Part shown: positions 7,724 to 17,132 of the stretch, in pieces
How positions within the stretch are numbered: position 1 is the first letter of the stretch
Layout: every line of letters starts with the position of its first letter
Origin: Candidatus Hydrogenedentota bacterium
GTDB taxonomy: Bacteria > Hydrogenedentota > Hydrogenedentia > Hydrogenedentales > CAILVY01
Assembly (NCBI GenBank): GCA_029565395.1
Contig: JAKQOG010000048.1
Location: 206-64,205 of the forward strand
Reading direction: 5' to 3'
DNA length: 64,000 bases
Made by a program: the position numbers and the translations under genes
The notes under the pieces: model-generated
Told to the model about the DNA's origin: nothing
The model's input: only the letters and a program-made list of their open reading frames with translations
Database searches by the model: none

Positions 7724-10700
7724 ATGCGCAAGCAGCTCTGTATCGCGGCGATTATCGGAGGGTGGATTGTTTTTTTCGTATATAACCCCAATGCATCCGC
7801 GGGGTCCAATCCGCCTGTGTATGTAAGCCATAACAACGCCTCCGGCAATGAAGATGGTGCAAGTTGGGCCACAGCGTTCACCACGATCCAGCCGGCGTTG
7901 GATAATGCCGCAGCGGCAGGCGGCGGCGAGGTATGGGTGGCCAAGGGAAGCTATGGTGAAATCCGGGACAATACCGGCGCGCTGGGTTCGCTGGTTCTGT
8001 GGAGTGATGTGGGTGTGTTTGGCGGATTCGATGGGACGGAAGCAACTATTGAAGAACGCGATCCGAATACCAACCTCACCATCATTGATGGTTCCGCATC
8101 GCGCTTGGAAGGCCAGGAACTGGCCCCGGCCTATCATGTAGTCCGCGGGGAATACCTGAGCGATGTTGTGTTGGATGGTTTCATTATTGGGGGTGGAATG
8201 AATCCCTATCAGACGGTTGCCGATCCCGGTGGCGGGGGAATCTATCTATCAGGGGCGGATGCGACTGTGGTGCTAGAGCATTTGACGCTGAATTTTAACA
8301 GCGCTAATTTAGGTGGAGCCATTTATTTGAACAATGCTTCTCCAATAATACGCAATTGCAGGATTGTGGGGAATGGCGCGTTTGATGGGGGTGGATTGTA
8401 TCTGGTTAATTCTTCGCCCCGTATAGAAAATGTACTGGCCATGAATAATCTGGCCCCGCCGCTGTTTGATAATTCAGGACTTGGTGGAGATGTATATGCT
8501 GATGCTGAATCGTCGCCCCTTATGGTAAATGTGACCCTGGCAGGATCTATAGCGAAGGAAGGTGCGATCTATAGCGCAATGCGGGACAATACCGGGCCAG
8601 TTCTGGTGAATGCGGCGATAAGTTACACCAGTGATATGGAACATGATGTTATTCATGAGGATGTGGCGGGCGATATCCAGGCTACCTATACCCTCGCCCA
8701 GAAGCAGTTGCCGGGAGAGGGGAACCAATCCGGACGCGAGTTGTTCCGAATAAGCGATTATTCCGTTTTTACGGACGATCCGGTCTACGACACAGCCACC
8801 GGCCATACTACTTTTTTTGATCGATCCAAACATTTCGCGCCGAATTCTTTGGTGGGTACGCTGTTGCGGGTGGATACGTATGGAATTCCTTGGTATTACG
8901 TCTACACCTTTGTCATTTTGGAAAACACGGAAACAAGCATCACCGTGTTTAGGGATACGGATATGGCCATCACGGCGGGGACGCATTACGCCCTGCTCGA
9001 TGGCAGCATGGAGAAGATTTCGCCCACGGTGGACACGGGCGCGTCCAACGGAACTCCTTCACACGATTATCTCGGTCAAGCGCGGGGGTATGATGGCGAC
9101 GGTTTGGGGCATGTTACCGGGGATGGGTCGGACTATGACTTGGGCTTCTTAGAATACACCGGACAGGTGTGGGGCGTGGCGCCAATTGCGGATCAAAAAC
9201 TCGAAACGGCCGTGTTGCACGTGTTGCCCAGCGTGGAACCGCCCATTCATACCGATGAGTTTCTGACAGTGACGGAATTAGACGCTTCCTCCCAAAACAT
9301 CACCAATATTTGGGGAATCGAGTACGGCGTAAATCTGGAAACATTGAATCTTAGCAATAATGCCATTTCGCGGCTGGGTGCACTTGCGGGAGCGCACAAA
9401 TTACATTGGCTCGATTTGCACCATAATCAAATCACGGAAATTAGTGCGCTGCTAGCGAACACCGGACTGGGTGGCGATGATTTCCTCGACCTGCGTGGCA
9501 ATCCGCTAACGGAAGAGACTGTGTGCGCGGATCTTCCTGTGCTCCAGGCACGGTTTAACGATCCGCGTAATCTCCTCTATGACCAGTGGTGTGGGCCACA
9601 GGCGCGGCTGACTATGACGGTAATAGGTATTGGCACGGTTAGCCCGGAACCTGGCATTACGGTATATCATCCCGCCGAATATGCACACCTCTCCGCCACT
9701 CCGATTGCGGGAAGTGGATATGCCTTTGATCACTGGGAAGGCAGTGTTTCCTCGGACAGCCCGGCGGTTGATCTGATTATGTATTCGGATAAGAATATTG
9801 CGGCGGTGTTTGTAAATCAAGGCGTGGAAACGCATACCCTCACCCTGCTAAAAGTGGGAGACGGCCAGGGTGATCTATCGCCGGGCGAAGGCGTATTCAC
9901 TTATGTCGAAGGACACTCCGTGGATATTAATGCCGTACCTGTTTCCGGCGATGTCTTTGGCGGATGGAGCGGCGATTTTGTCAGCATGAACACCAGCGGA
10001 ACGATCGTAATGGATGCCGACAAGGTAATCACCGCAACGTTTTTGCACACCTATGTAACACTCGATATAGCGATCACGGGCAATGGCTCCACCAATCCCG
10101 CCCCCGGCACGTATTATTATGCGCCTGGCGCTCAAGCCACGCTTGAGGCCTTGGTTACCGACCCAGTGTGGCATTTTGATCATTGGGAAGGCGGCGTGGA
10201 CACCCCCACAAACCTGCACACCACGATCACCCTCACCCAATCGGCCTCTATAACGGCCGTGTTTGTTCAGTATGAACGCGTGCTGGAAATCCGCGCTTAC
10301 GGTAATGGAACCACTATCCCCGCGCCCGGCCTGCATGGATATAATCCCGGGGATGCCGTGCAAATCCAAGCCATTCCTGGCGGAGGCGCTGCTTTCTCCG
10401 GATGGATGGGGGATCTGCAAGGTCAGGAGACTCCCGCCTCTGTTACCATGGAGGCAGACCGGTTAGTACTCGCCTTCTTTACTAATACCGACACCTCGTC
10501 TTTGTTCCATTCTGTTGATACTAATCATGACTGGCATATTTCCTACTCAGAAATGTCCAGGATTTTCCAGTTCTTCAATATGGGAGGAGATTACCATTGT
10601 GAAGCCGGTACTGAAGATGGATATTTTCCCGGTATTGGCAGCCATGATTGTGCCCCGCACGATGCCGATTATGATCCTCAAGACTGGCGTATTTCCTTGT

Positions 10701-13700
10701 CGGAACTGCTGCGGATGCTGCAATTCTTTTATGCCCCCGACAGCGCTTACCATGTGAATACCAATTCCCCCGACGGTTTTGCGTCTGGACCTCCGGCAAC
10801 CCCAAAAGTCAGCAGAGAAATCTTGTCTCCTGCATGCCAGCCCGGACAAACCGTAGATGTTCGTGTAACCCTCGATTGGTCAGAACGGCCCGTTCCTCCT
10901 GTATCCGCTATCGAAATACACGAAGTTATCCCTGATGGATACACATTTGTTCAAATACTCAATGCTCCTTCCGGGTACTTTATACAAGCACCGGCGATGG
11001 GCAGTTCCGGGGCCATCACGATCAACTGGTATTCCGCGGCGGCACCTGAGGCGCCAAACCTTCCTGTAAATCTTGATTACCGGCTGCAAGCGCCGCCGGA
11101 TCAGATTGGTATCGTGCATCTGCATGGCAGCAGTACATTTGCGATCGATGATTTCAATGTAACCTCGCAGGACACGGACTCTTTTACGAGTGCCTTGCAC
11201 GTGGATCAGCGGAATACCTCCGGAGTGGAAAACGGACTATGCTGGGAAACGGCATTCACCACGATTCAGCCTGCCATTGATCGGGCAACAAATTTCGGCG
11301 GCGGAGATATATGGGTGGCCAAGGGGACGTATAGTGAAGTCCGCGGCAATACAGCCTCTCTTGGTTCGCTAGTGCTTCTGAGCGGGGTAAACCTCTACGG
11401 TGGTTTCTCTGGCGTGGAAACCAGGTTGGACGAACGGGATAGCGAGAAAAATCTTACGATAATAGACGGACACGCCTCCAGGCTCTCCGGGTCAACTGCA
11501 TACCCCGCCTATCACGGGGTGTTTGGGGAAAACCTGACCAACGCGACATTGGACGGATTTGTGATCGCTGGAGGAACAGGGGGTGATTCAGGAACAAATA
11601 CCTATGGCGGGGGCATTTATCTGGCCGCGTCAGATAGTACGGTCTTGTTGAATTATCTAACCATTTGCAATAACATCGCGCCTTATGGCGGGGGCATATG
11701 CGTGGATGGCGTGTCTCCCCGTATTCAAAATTGCCGGATTATCAATAATACGGGTAGCTCTTCTGGCGGGGGAATATTCATTAAAACGGGTGAACCCACC
11801 TTCGAGAATCTCTTGCTGCTCAATAACAGAGGCGGTAATGCCGGGGCGGTAGATATTTACGCCAACGATTTCCCAACCTTTCACAATGTCACCATCGCCG
11901 ACAACTGGTCCTCCGTTGCTACCGTGTACGATTCGGGAGGAAGCACAGGACGTCCATCACTGGTGAATGCCGTGTGGGATCTAAACCACAATTCATCTGC
12001 TTCCAGCAATGTTGACGTAAATGGAAGTGTCGGCGTGCAGTATTCTCTGGCTCCGCGTGTCATCAGCGGTGATGAGAACCTTACCGGGCATGCCCTGTTT
12101 CGCGTGTTGAGTCATTCCGTCTTTACAGCCACTCCATCGTTTGATACAGAGACATACCGCACTACATTCTTCGACGACACCCAATCATTCATTCCCGGCG
12201 CGTTGGCAGGGGGTATTGTCCAAACATACGACAGAAAGACTACCGAGCATGGCAATTACTTCGTCATCTTGGACAACACGGAAACCGCCTTCTCCGTATT
12301 TGGAGATCAAACAGGATACGGATGGACTGGCGATTGGTATTGTTTCCTTGATGGGAGCATGGAGAAGAACTCTCCCGCAGTTGATACCGGAAGTTCTTGG
12401 GTGGGCATGCCCGCAACAGATTACCTCGGCCAGCCGCGCGGATATGACGGCGATGGGCTGGGCTGGGTTGACTTTGGGCTTCGAGACTTTGACATGGGCT
12501 TTCTGGAATACACCGGCCAGCCTTGGGGCGAGGCCTTCTTCCCGGATCAGCAATTGACTTCGGCCGTTTTCAACGCATTGCCGGGCGTTGAGCACACGGA
12601 TGAGTTGCTGGCCCTGACAACACTGAATGCACCTTCCCAAGGTATTGCCGATTTGTCAGGCATCGAACATTGCATGAATCTTCAAACTCTGGATCTCAGC
12701 AACAATCCCATCAGCGACATAGAAATGCTGTCCGCGCTGACCTCCATCGCGTATCTGGATCTTCATGACAACCGGGTCACAACAATAGACGCCCTGCTTG
12801 CCAATACGGGCATCGGCGGCGATGACGTGGTGGACCTTCGCGGCAATCCTTTAACGCAGGATGCGGTCTGCAACGGCATTCCAGCCCTTCAGGCGCGTTT
12901 CAATAACCCGGACAACGTACTCTACGATCAATGGTGCGGACCGCAGGCGCGGCTTACCCTCCAGATCGTCGGTGTAGGTTCGGTAACCCCGAATGCGGGA
13001 ACCACCGTGTACCATCCTGGGGATCATGTGCGTGTGTATGCCGAGCCCATTGATGGCAGCGGATATGCATTTAAGGAATGGAGAGGGAGCTTTTTTACCA
13101 GCAATCATGTTCTCGACTTTGCGATAACCTCGGACATAACCCTCACCGCCTATTTTGTGAATTCCGGGTATCAATTTCACATCCTCCATATAGAGCGCGC
13201 AGGAAACGGCGAAGGGACCATTCTGCCAGGCGAGGGTTCTTTCACGTATATCGCCGGCCGCAACGCCCCCATCAGCGCCACCCCTCAAAATGGCAGCGGC
13301 TTTGGCGGGTGGACTGGCGATCTGAACAGCTTGCGTTTAAACGAGAATGTGGCTATGAACGCCGACAAGGCAATTACCGCAACGTTCATGCAAGGAGGCA
13401 TACCGCTCACGCTAAGTGTCTCCGGACGCGGCGAGATTAATCTCCCCACGGGAACGTTCTATTACGCCCCAGGCATTACTATTCCGCTTGTTGCGCATGA
13501 AACAGATACGCTCTGGTACTTTGATCGTTGGGAAGGCGCCATAAATTCTCCCGATCAGCAAATTGAATTCGTGCTGACGGAACCTGCCGCCATAACCGCT
13601 GTTTTCCGGCTCTATGAGCGCAGGCTTCGAATTCTGGCCTATGGCCGCCATGGAACAACGGATCCCTTGCCTGGTTTGCATGGGTACCATCAAGATGAAC

Positions 13701-15382
13701 AGGCTCAGATTTATGCATACCCAGAGTATTTTTTTTCCGGGTGGATGGGGGATCGCCATGGACGCGATAATCCTCTCTACATGGCCATGGATATAGACCA
13801 TCTGGTGATCGCATCCTTCGCCCGTACGAATGGTTTGTATCATTCAGCGGATGTGAACCATGACTGGTACATTGATTTAGAAGAACTTATGCGCGTGATT
13901 CAGTTGTTTAATTCCGGCGGGTATCATTGCCAGGAAGGGACCGAAGACGGATATGCTCCGGGTCCAGGGGACGTGGGTTGCGGGCCACACGACGCTGATG
14001 AGAATTGGGACGGGATAATAGGGCTGTCTGAAATGTTGAGAGTGGTTCAGTTTTATAATTCCGAGGGTTATCATATCGCGTTCGGCACCGAAGACGGTTT
14101 TGCCCCCGCCTTTTTGGGCGATGCCGGTCTGCTTGTCATCAGACGCGAAGCCGATCCACCGGTCTATGTTCCCGGACAGGGGGTAGATATCCACCTGTCG
14201 ATCAGTCCAGCCAATGGGCGCATCTATGACATGTTTGCGATTCAAATCAGGGAAGATCTTCCTCTGGGATGGAGTTATGTCGAATCCTCGTCCACGCCGG
14301 AAGGATTTTTCAGCACTATGCTGGCGCCAGGCGCCACGGGAAGCATTGATTTTGGCTGGTATTCAATCGATAATGCCACAATGCCTGACTTGCCGGTTGA
14401 ACTCACCTACCGGTTGCAGGTTCCCATGGATCAGACCGGCAGGATGACTATTTCAGGTTCCTGTATATCGGTATTCGATAACGACCATGTGTATACCTTG
14501 GGCATAGACCCAATCTATTTGGACCCGGCTGCCGAAGGAGAAGGCACTATCGAAGGAGAAGGGGTTATCGAGGGCATGCCCTTTGAAGGTTCCCCGGAAG
14601 AAGGGGAAGGTCTGATTGAAGGCGAAGGCGTTGCCGAAGGTGAAGGCGAAGGCGGCGCTGAAGGTGAAGGGGAGGAAGGCGAAGATGTCGTCGAAGGCGA
14701 AGGCTCTATCGAGGGCGAAGGCGAATTGCCGGTTTCCGTGCATAGCGCCGACAGCAATGGCGATGGCATGATCAGTCTGAGCGAATTTCTACGGGTACTG
14801 CAGTTCTATAATTCCGGCGGATATCGTTGTCAGCCGGGCACCGAGGATGGCTACGCGTCGCACCTAGGCGATACATCCTGTGTGCCTCACAGTTCCGATT
14901 ACCACCCGCAGGATTGGCAGATTGATCTGTCCGAACTGCTCCGGATGGTGCAGCTCTATAACGCCGGCGCTTATCATGCCTGCACAGATTCCGAAGACGG
15001 ATTCTGTCCGGGACCTGTAGAAACCGAAGGCGCCTGCGAAGGCTCGATCGAAGGTTCCACTGCTGAAGGCGAAGAAGGCGAGGGTGAATTTGCCGCCCAG
15101 ACGGCCGATCAGGATGGCGATGGCGTAATCAGCCTCTCCGAAGTGCTGCGGATGATCCAGTTTTTCAATGCTGGCGGGTTCCATTGTGAATCGGGTACTG
15201 AAGACGGATATGCCGCGGGGCCGGGGGATACTGATTGCGCATTGCATACCAGCGACTACCACCCGCAAGACTGGCGCATCAGCCTTTCCGAACTCCTCCG
15301 TACGTTCCAGTTTTACAATGCCGGTTGGTATCGCTATTGCCCCGGCGAGGGCACTGAAGACGGCTATTGTCCGGGAATATAG
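7724..15382 (+). CDS. Giant secreted protein 3 (2552 aa): a ~1150-aa super-unit duplicated in tandem (parallel beta-helix, LRR, 4 InlB-B-like repeats, dockerin-like module, Ig-like domain), then EG linker and two more dockerin-like modules
   Basis: RBS GAGGAG. The signal peptide is MRKQLCIAAIIGGWIVFFVYNPNASA. Beta-helix heads GASWATAFTTIQPALDNAAAAGGGEVWVAKGSY (aa ~45) and GLCWETAFTTIQPAIDRATNFGGGDIWVAKGTY (aa ~1170) mark the two units. LRR motifs read LETLNLSNNAISRLG..LHWLDLHHNQITEI. The InlB-B-like repeats have the form PGxTVYHPGxxVxLxAxPxxGxxFxxWxG. Dockerin-like modules lie near aa 930, 2040, 2340 and at the C-terminus, which ends GTEDGYCPGI. Confidence 0.85.
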   Translation: MRKQLCIAAIIGGWIVFFVYNPNASAGSNPPVYVSHNNASGNEDGASWATAFTTIQPALDNAAAAGGGEVWVAKGSYGEIRDNTGALGSLVLWSDVGVFGGFDGTEATIEERDPNTNLTIIDGSASRLEGQELAPAYHVVRGEYLSDVVLDGFIIGGGMNPYQTVADPGGGGIYLSGADATVVLEHLTLNFNSANLGGAIYLNNASPIIRNCRIVGNGAFDGGGLYLVNSSPRIENVLAMNNLAPPLFDNSGLGGDVYADAESSPLMVNVTLAGSIAKEGAIYSAMRDNTGPVLVNAAISYTSDMEHDVIHEDVAGDIQATYTLAQKQLPGEGNQSGRELFRISDYSVFTDDPVYDTATGHTTFFDRSKHFAPNSLVGTLLRVDTYGIPWYYVYTFVILENTETSITVFRDTDMAITAGTHYALLDGSMEKISPTVDTGASNGTPSHDYLGQARGYDGDGLGHVTGDGSDYDLGFLEYTGQVWGVAPIADQKLETAVLHVLPSVEPPIHTDEFLTVTELDASSQNITNIWGIEYGVNLETLNLSNNAISRLGALAGAHKLHWLDLHHNQITEISALLANTGLGGDDFLDLRGNPLTEETVCADLPVLQARFNDPRNLLYDQWCGPQARLTMTVIGIGTVSPEPGITVYHPAEYAHLSATPIAGSGYAFDHWEGSVSSDSPAVDLIMYSDKNIAAVFVNQGVETHTLTLLKVGDGQGDLSPGEGVFTYVEGHSVDINAVPVSGDVFGGWSGDFVSMNTSGTIVMDADKVITATFLHTYVTLDIAITGNGSTNPAPGTYYYAPGAQATLEALVTDPVWHFDHWEGGVDTPTNLHTTITLTQSASITAVFVQYERVLEIRAYGNGTTIPAPGLHGYNPGDAVQIQAIPGGGAAFSGWMGDLQGQETPASVTMEADRLVLAFFTNTDTSSLFHSVDTNHDWHISYSEMSRIFQFFNMGGDYHCEAGTEDGYFPGIGSHDCAPHDADYDPQDWRISLSELLRMLQFFYAPDSAYHVNTNSPDGFASGPPATPKVSREILSPACQPGQTVDVRVTLDWSERPVPPVSAIEIHEVIPDGYTFVQILNAPSGYFIQAPAMGSSGAITINWYSAAAPEAPNLPVNLDYRLQAPPDQIGIVHLHGSSTFAIDDFNVTSQDTDSFTSALHVDQRNTSGVENGLCWETAFTTIQPAIDRATNFGGGDIWVAKGTYSEVRGNTASLGSLVLLSGVNLYGGFSGVETRLDERDSEKNLTIIDGHASRLSGSTAYPAYHGVFGENLTNATLDGFVIAGGTGGDSGTNTYGGGIYLAASDSTVLLNYLTICNNIAPYGGGICVDGVSPRIQNCRIINNTGSSSGGGIFIKTGEPTFENLLLLNNRGGNAGAVDIYANDFPTFHNVTIADNWSSVATVYDSGGSTGRPSLVNAVWDLNHNSSASSNVDVNGSVGVQYSLAPRVISGDENLTGHALFRVLSHSVFTATPSFDTETYRTTFFDDTQSFIPGALAGGIVQTYDRKTTEHGNYFVILDNTETAFSVFGDQTGYGWTGDWYCFLDGSMEKNSPAVDTGSSWVGMPATDYLGQPRGYDGDGLGWVDFGLRDFDMGFLEYTGQPWGEAFFPDQQLTSAVFNALPGVEHTDELLALTTLNAPSQGIADLSGIEHCMNLQTLDLSNNPISDIEMLSALTSIAYLDLHDNRVTTIDALLANTGIGGDDVVDLRGNPLTQDAVCNGIPALQARFNNPDNVLYDQWCGPQARLTLQIVGVGSVTPNAGTTVYHPGDHVRVYAEPIDGSGYAFKEWRGSFFTSNHVLDFAITSDITLTAYFVNSGYQFHILHIERAGNGEGTILPGEGSFTYIAGRNAPISATPQNGSGFGGWTGDLNSLRLNENVAMNADKAITATFMQGGIPLTLSVSGRGEINLPTGTFYYAPGITIPLVAHETDTLWYFDRWEGAINSPDQQIEFVLTEPAAITAVFRLYERRLRILAYGRHGTTDPLPGLHGYHQDEQAQIYAYPEYFFSGWMGDRHGRDNPLYMAMDIDHLVIASFARTNGLYHSADVNHDWYIDLEELMRVIQLFNSGGYHCQEGTEDGYAPGPGDVGCGPHDADENWDGIIGLSEMLRVVQFYNSEGYHIAFGTEDGFAPAFLGDAGLLVIRREADPPVYVPGQGVDIHLSISPANGRIYDMFAIQIREDLPLGWSYVESSSTPEGFFSTMLAPGATGSIDFGWYSIDNATMPDLPVELTYRLQVPMDQTGRMTISGSCISVFDNDHVYTLGIDPIYLDPAAEGEGTIEGEGVIEGMPFEGSPEEGEGLIEGEGVAEGEGEGGAEGEGEEGEDVVEGEGSIEGEGELPVSVHSADSNGDGMISLSEFLRVLQFYNSGGYRCQPGTEDGYASHLGDTSCVPHSSDYHPQDWQIDLSELLRMVQLYNAGAYHACTDSEDGFCPGPVETEGACEGSIEGSTAEGEEGEGEFAAQTADQDGDGVISLSEVLRMIQFFNAGGFHCESGTEDGYAAGPGDTDCALHTSDYHPQDWRISLSELLRTFQFYNAGWYRYCPGEGTEDGYCPGI

Positions 15383-15408
15383 ACAGGTGTTTTTCGTTTC
15401 TTTGGTTG

Positions 15409-15427
15409 GCGCAGATTGATTCTGCGC
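15409..15427. terminator. REP-like hairpin copy 1 (GCGCAGA-N5-TCTGCGC), likely terminator of ORF 3
   Basis: The stem arms gcgcaga and tctgcgc are separated by the loop ttgat, immediately 3' of the stop at 15382. Confidence 0.45.
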
Positions 15428-15455
15428 TTCATAGAGTTCGATATTCAGTTTTTAT

Positions 15456-15474
15456 GCGCAGAATGAATCTGCGC
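15456..15474. terminator. REP-like hairpin copy 2, likely terminator of the convergent oxidoreductase gene
   Basis: The stem arms gcgcaga and tctgcgc are separated by the loop atgaa. On the minus strand it is followed by an A/T-rich run, 25 nt past the minus-strand stop at 15499. Confidence 0.45.
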
Positions 15475-15498
15475 CAACTTGTGCTGCGCGCGTGGGTC

Positions 15499-16875
15499 TT
15501 ACAATGTCCAACCTTCCCGATAGGGCGGATTCAATAATTGATTGGCCTCTTCGTCGTTGGTGAAGCGCAGGGCTGCGCCGTCCCAATCGAGTTTGCGGTC
15601 TTTTAGGCGCATCGCGAGCACGCCCAGCAGCACCATGGTCGTGAGTGCGCCGCCATACTCAAAATTTGAGCTTGCGGGATTCCCATCCTTGCACGCGCGA
15701 ATCCAATCCTGCTCATGCGCGCCCTGACAATCCTTCACGCGGGGGATGGTCTTCGGCGGCTGTTTATAGTCCCGCATCAATTCTCTTGGCAGCAATTTAA
15801 GACCGCCCGCGCCATGCGAACCGTGCAAAATCGTCCCTTTCTCACCCACCAGCAGCGCACCGTTGCTGTCAAAACGCTGATTTGGCGCGAAATCCCTTGG
15901 AATCGGCGGCAGGAGCCGTCCGTCATACCATGTCAACGCCACTGGCGGCATTTTCCCCCGTGCGGGGAACTGATACCGGATGATTGCCGCGCGCGGATAT
16001 GTTTCCTCGCTCACTTCTTTTTCCCAATGCGTGGTGGTGGCCTCCACGCTCACGGGGTGGCCGAGTTTAAGGCCCCAAAACGCCGGGTCCAGAATATGGC
16101 ATCCCATGTCGCCCAATGGACCCGTGCCAAAATCCCACCACCCGCGCCATGTTAGTGGACAATAAATCGGATGATATGGGCGGTACTTCGCAGGTCCCAG
16201 CCACAAGTCCCAATCCAGTGTATCCGGCACCGGCGGCGTTTCCGCCGGACGCTTCATCACGGGAAAGGTTGACCATGGATCGCCGCCCACCGGACGGTCG
16301 CTCCAGGCATGCACCTCGCGGATGGGTCCCACCGCGCCATCTTCAATCCATTCATACAAGCGGCGGATACTGTCCGATGAATGCCCCTGGTTGCCCATTT
16401 GTGTCTGTACCTTGCATTCCTGCGCTGTTTTCATGAGGGTCTGCACTTCATACACGCTGTGCGCCAATGGTTTCTGGCAATACACATGCTTCCCCAGCCG
16501 CATGGCCGCCATTGCCGCCGCTGCATGCGTATGATCCGGCGTGGCCACGATGACCGCGTCGATATTCTTCGCTTCCGCCTCCAGCATCTTTCGGAAATCG
16601 CGATGCCGCCGCGCATTTGGATATGCCTTATACGTATCCCCGGCCCGCGCGTCATCCACATCGCACAACGCCACGATATTCTCCGTGCTGCATGCGTCAA
16701 TATTCGCGCGGCCCATTCCGCCAACGCCTATTGCCCCAATATTCAATTTCTCATTTGGGGACCGCTTCCCCGGAACCACCTGAGCGGTGTTGGGGCGCGT
16801 CGCGCACCCCGCCATAATTGCCGTGGCCGTCGCCGATGCCAAAAATGCCCGCCGGGAAAGTTCGCTCTTGTTCAT
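15499..16875 (-). CDS. Gfo/Idh/MocA-family NAD(P)-dependent oxidoreductase with TAT signal (possible lipoprotein)
   Basis: The start is moved to the ATG at 16875, which has an AAAGGAGAA RBS; the ORF track starts at 16995. The N-terminus MNKSELSRRAFLASATATAIMAGC has a twin-arginine motif and a lipobox-like AGC. GAIGVGGMGR...ALCDVD is the Rossmann motif of this family. Confidence 0.8.
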   Translation of the reverse strand: MNKSELSRRAFLASATATAIMAGCATRPNTAQVVPGKRSPNEKLNIGAIGVGGMGRANIDACSTENIVALCDVDDARAGDTYKAYPNARRHRDFRKMLEAEAKNIDAVIVATPDHTHAAAAMAAMRLGKHVYCQKPLAHSVYEVQTLMKTAQECKVQTQMGNQGHSSDSIRRLYEWIEDGAVGPIREVHAWSDRPVGGDPWSTFPVMKRPAETPPVPDTLDWDLWLGPAKYRPYHPIYCPLTWRGWWDFGTGPLGDMGCHILDPAFWGLKLGHPVSVEATTTHWEKEVSEETYPRAAIIRYQFPARGKMPPVALTWYDGRLLPPIPRDFAPNQRFDSNGALLVGEKGTILHGSHGAGGLKLLPRELMRDYKQPPKTIPRVKDCQGAHEQDWIRACKDGNPASSNFEYGGALTTMVLLGVLAMRLKDRKLDWDGAALRFTNDEEANQLLNPPYREGWTL

Positions 16876-17132
16876 GCACGGTTCTCCTTTGGTCAACCCA
16901 TAATAATAGCTTCTAGTATACTTAAAGTCCGGGCGCGCATGCAGCGGTTGTATCCCCAACCTTTTGGAGAGGCTCCTTGCCCAATTTGGGAACATGCCCC
17001 AGGATTTTTGTATCCGCGCACCCGGCTCATGATATACTTCGCTGTTTTACCGGGCATAATTAGAATAAATGAAACGGCGTACAGTTTCCTTGGGTCTAGT
17101 ACCTGATTGGGCTATTATCAAGGTGTTCATTT

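Noticed and set aside
16381-17106. 241-aa plus-strand ORF overlapping the oxidoreductase gene
   Set aside because: It is antisense to a gene with clear Gfo/Idh/MocA and TAT motifs. Its Arg/His/Cys-rich composition is typical of a GC-rich shadow ORF.
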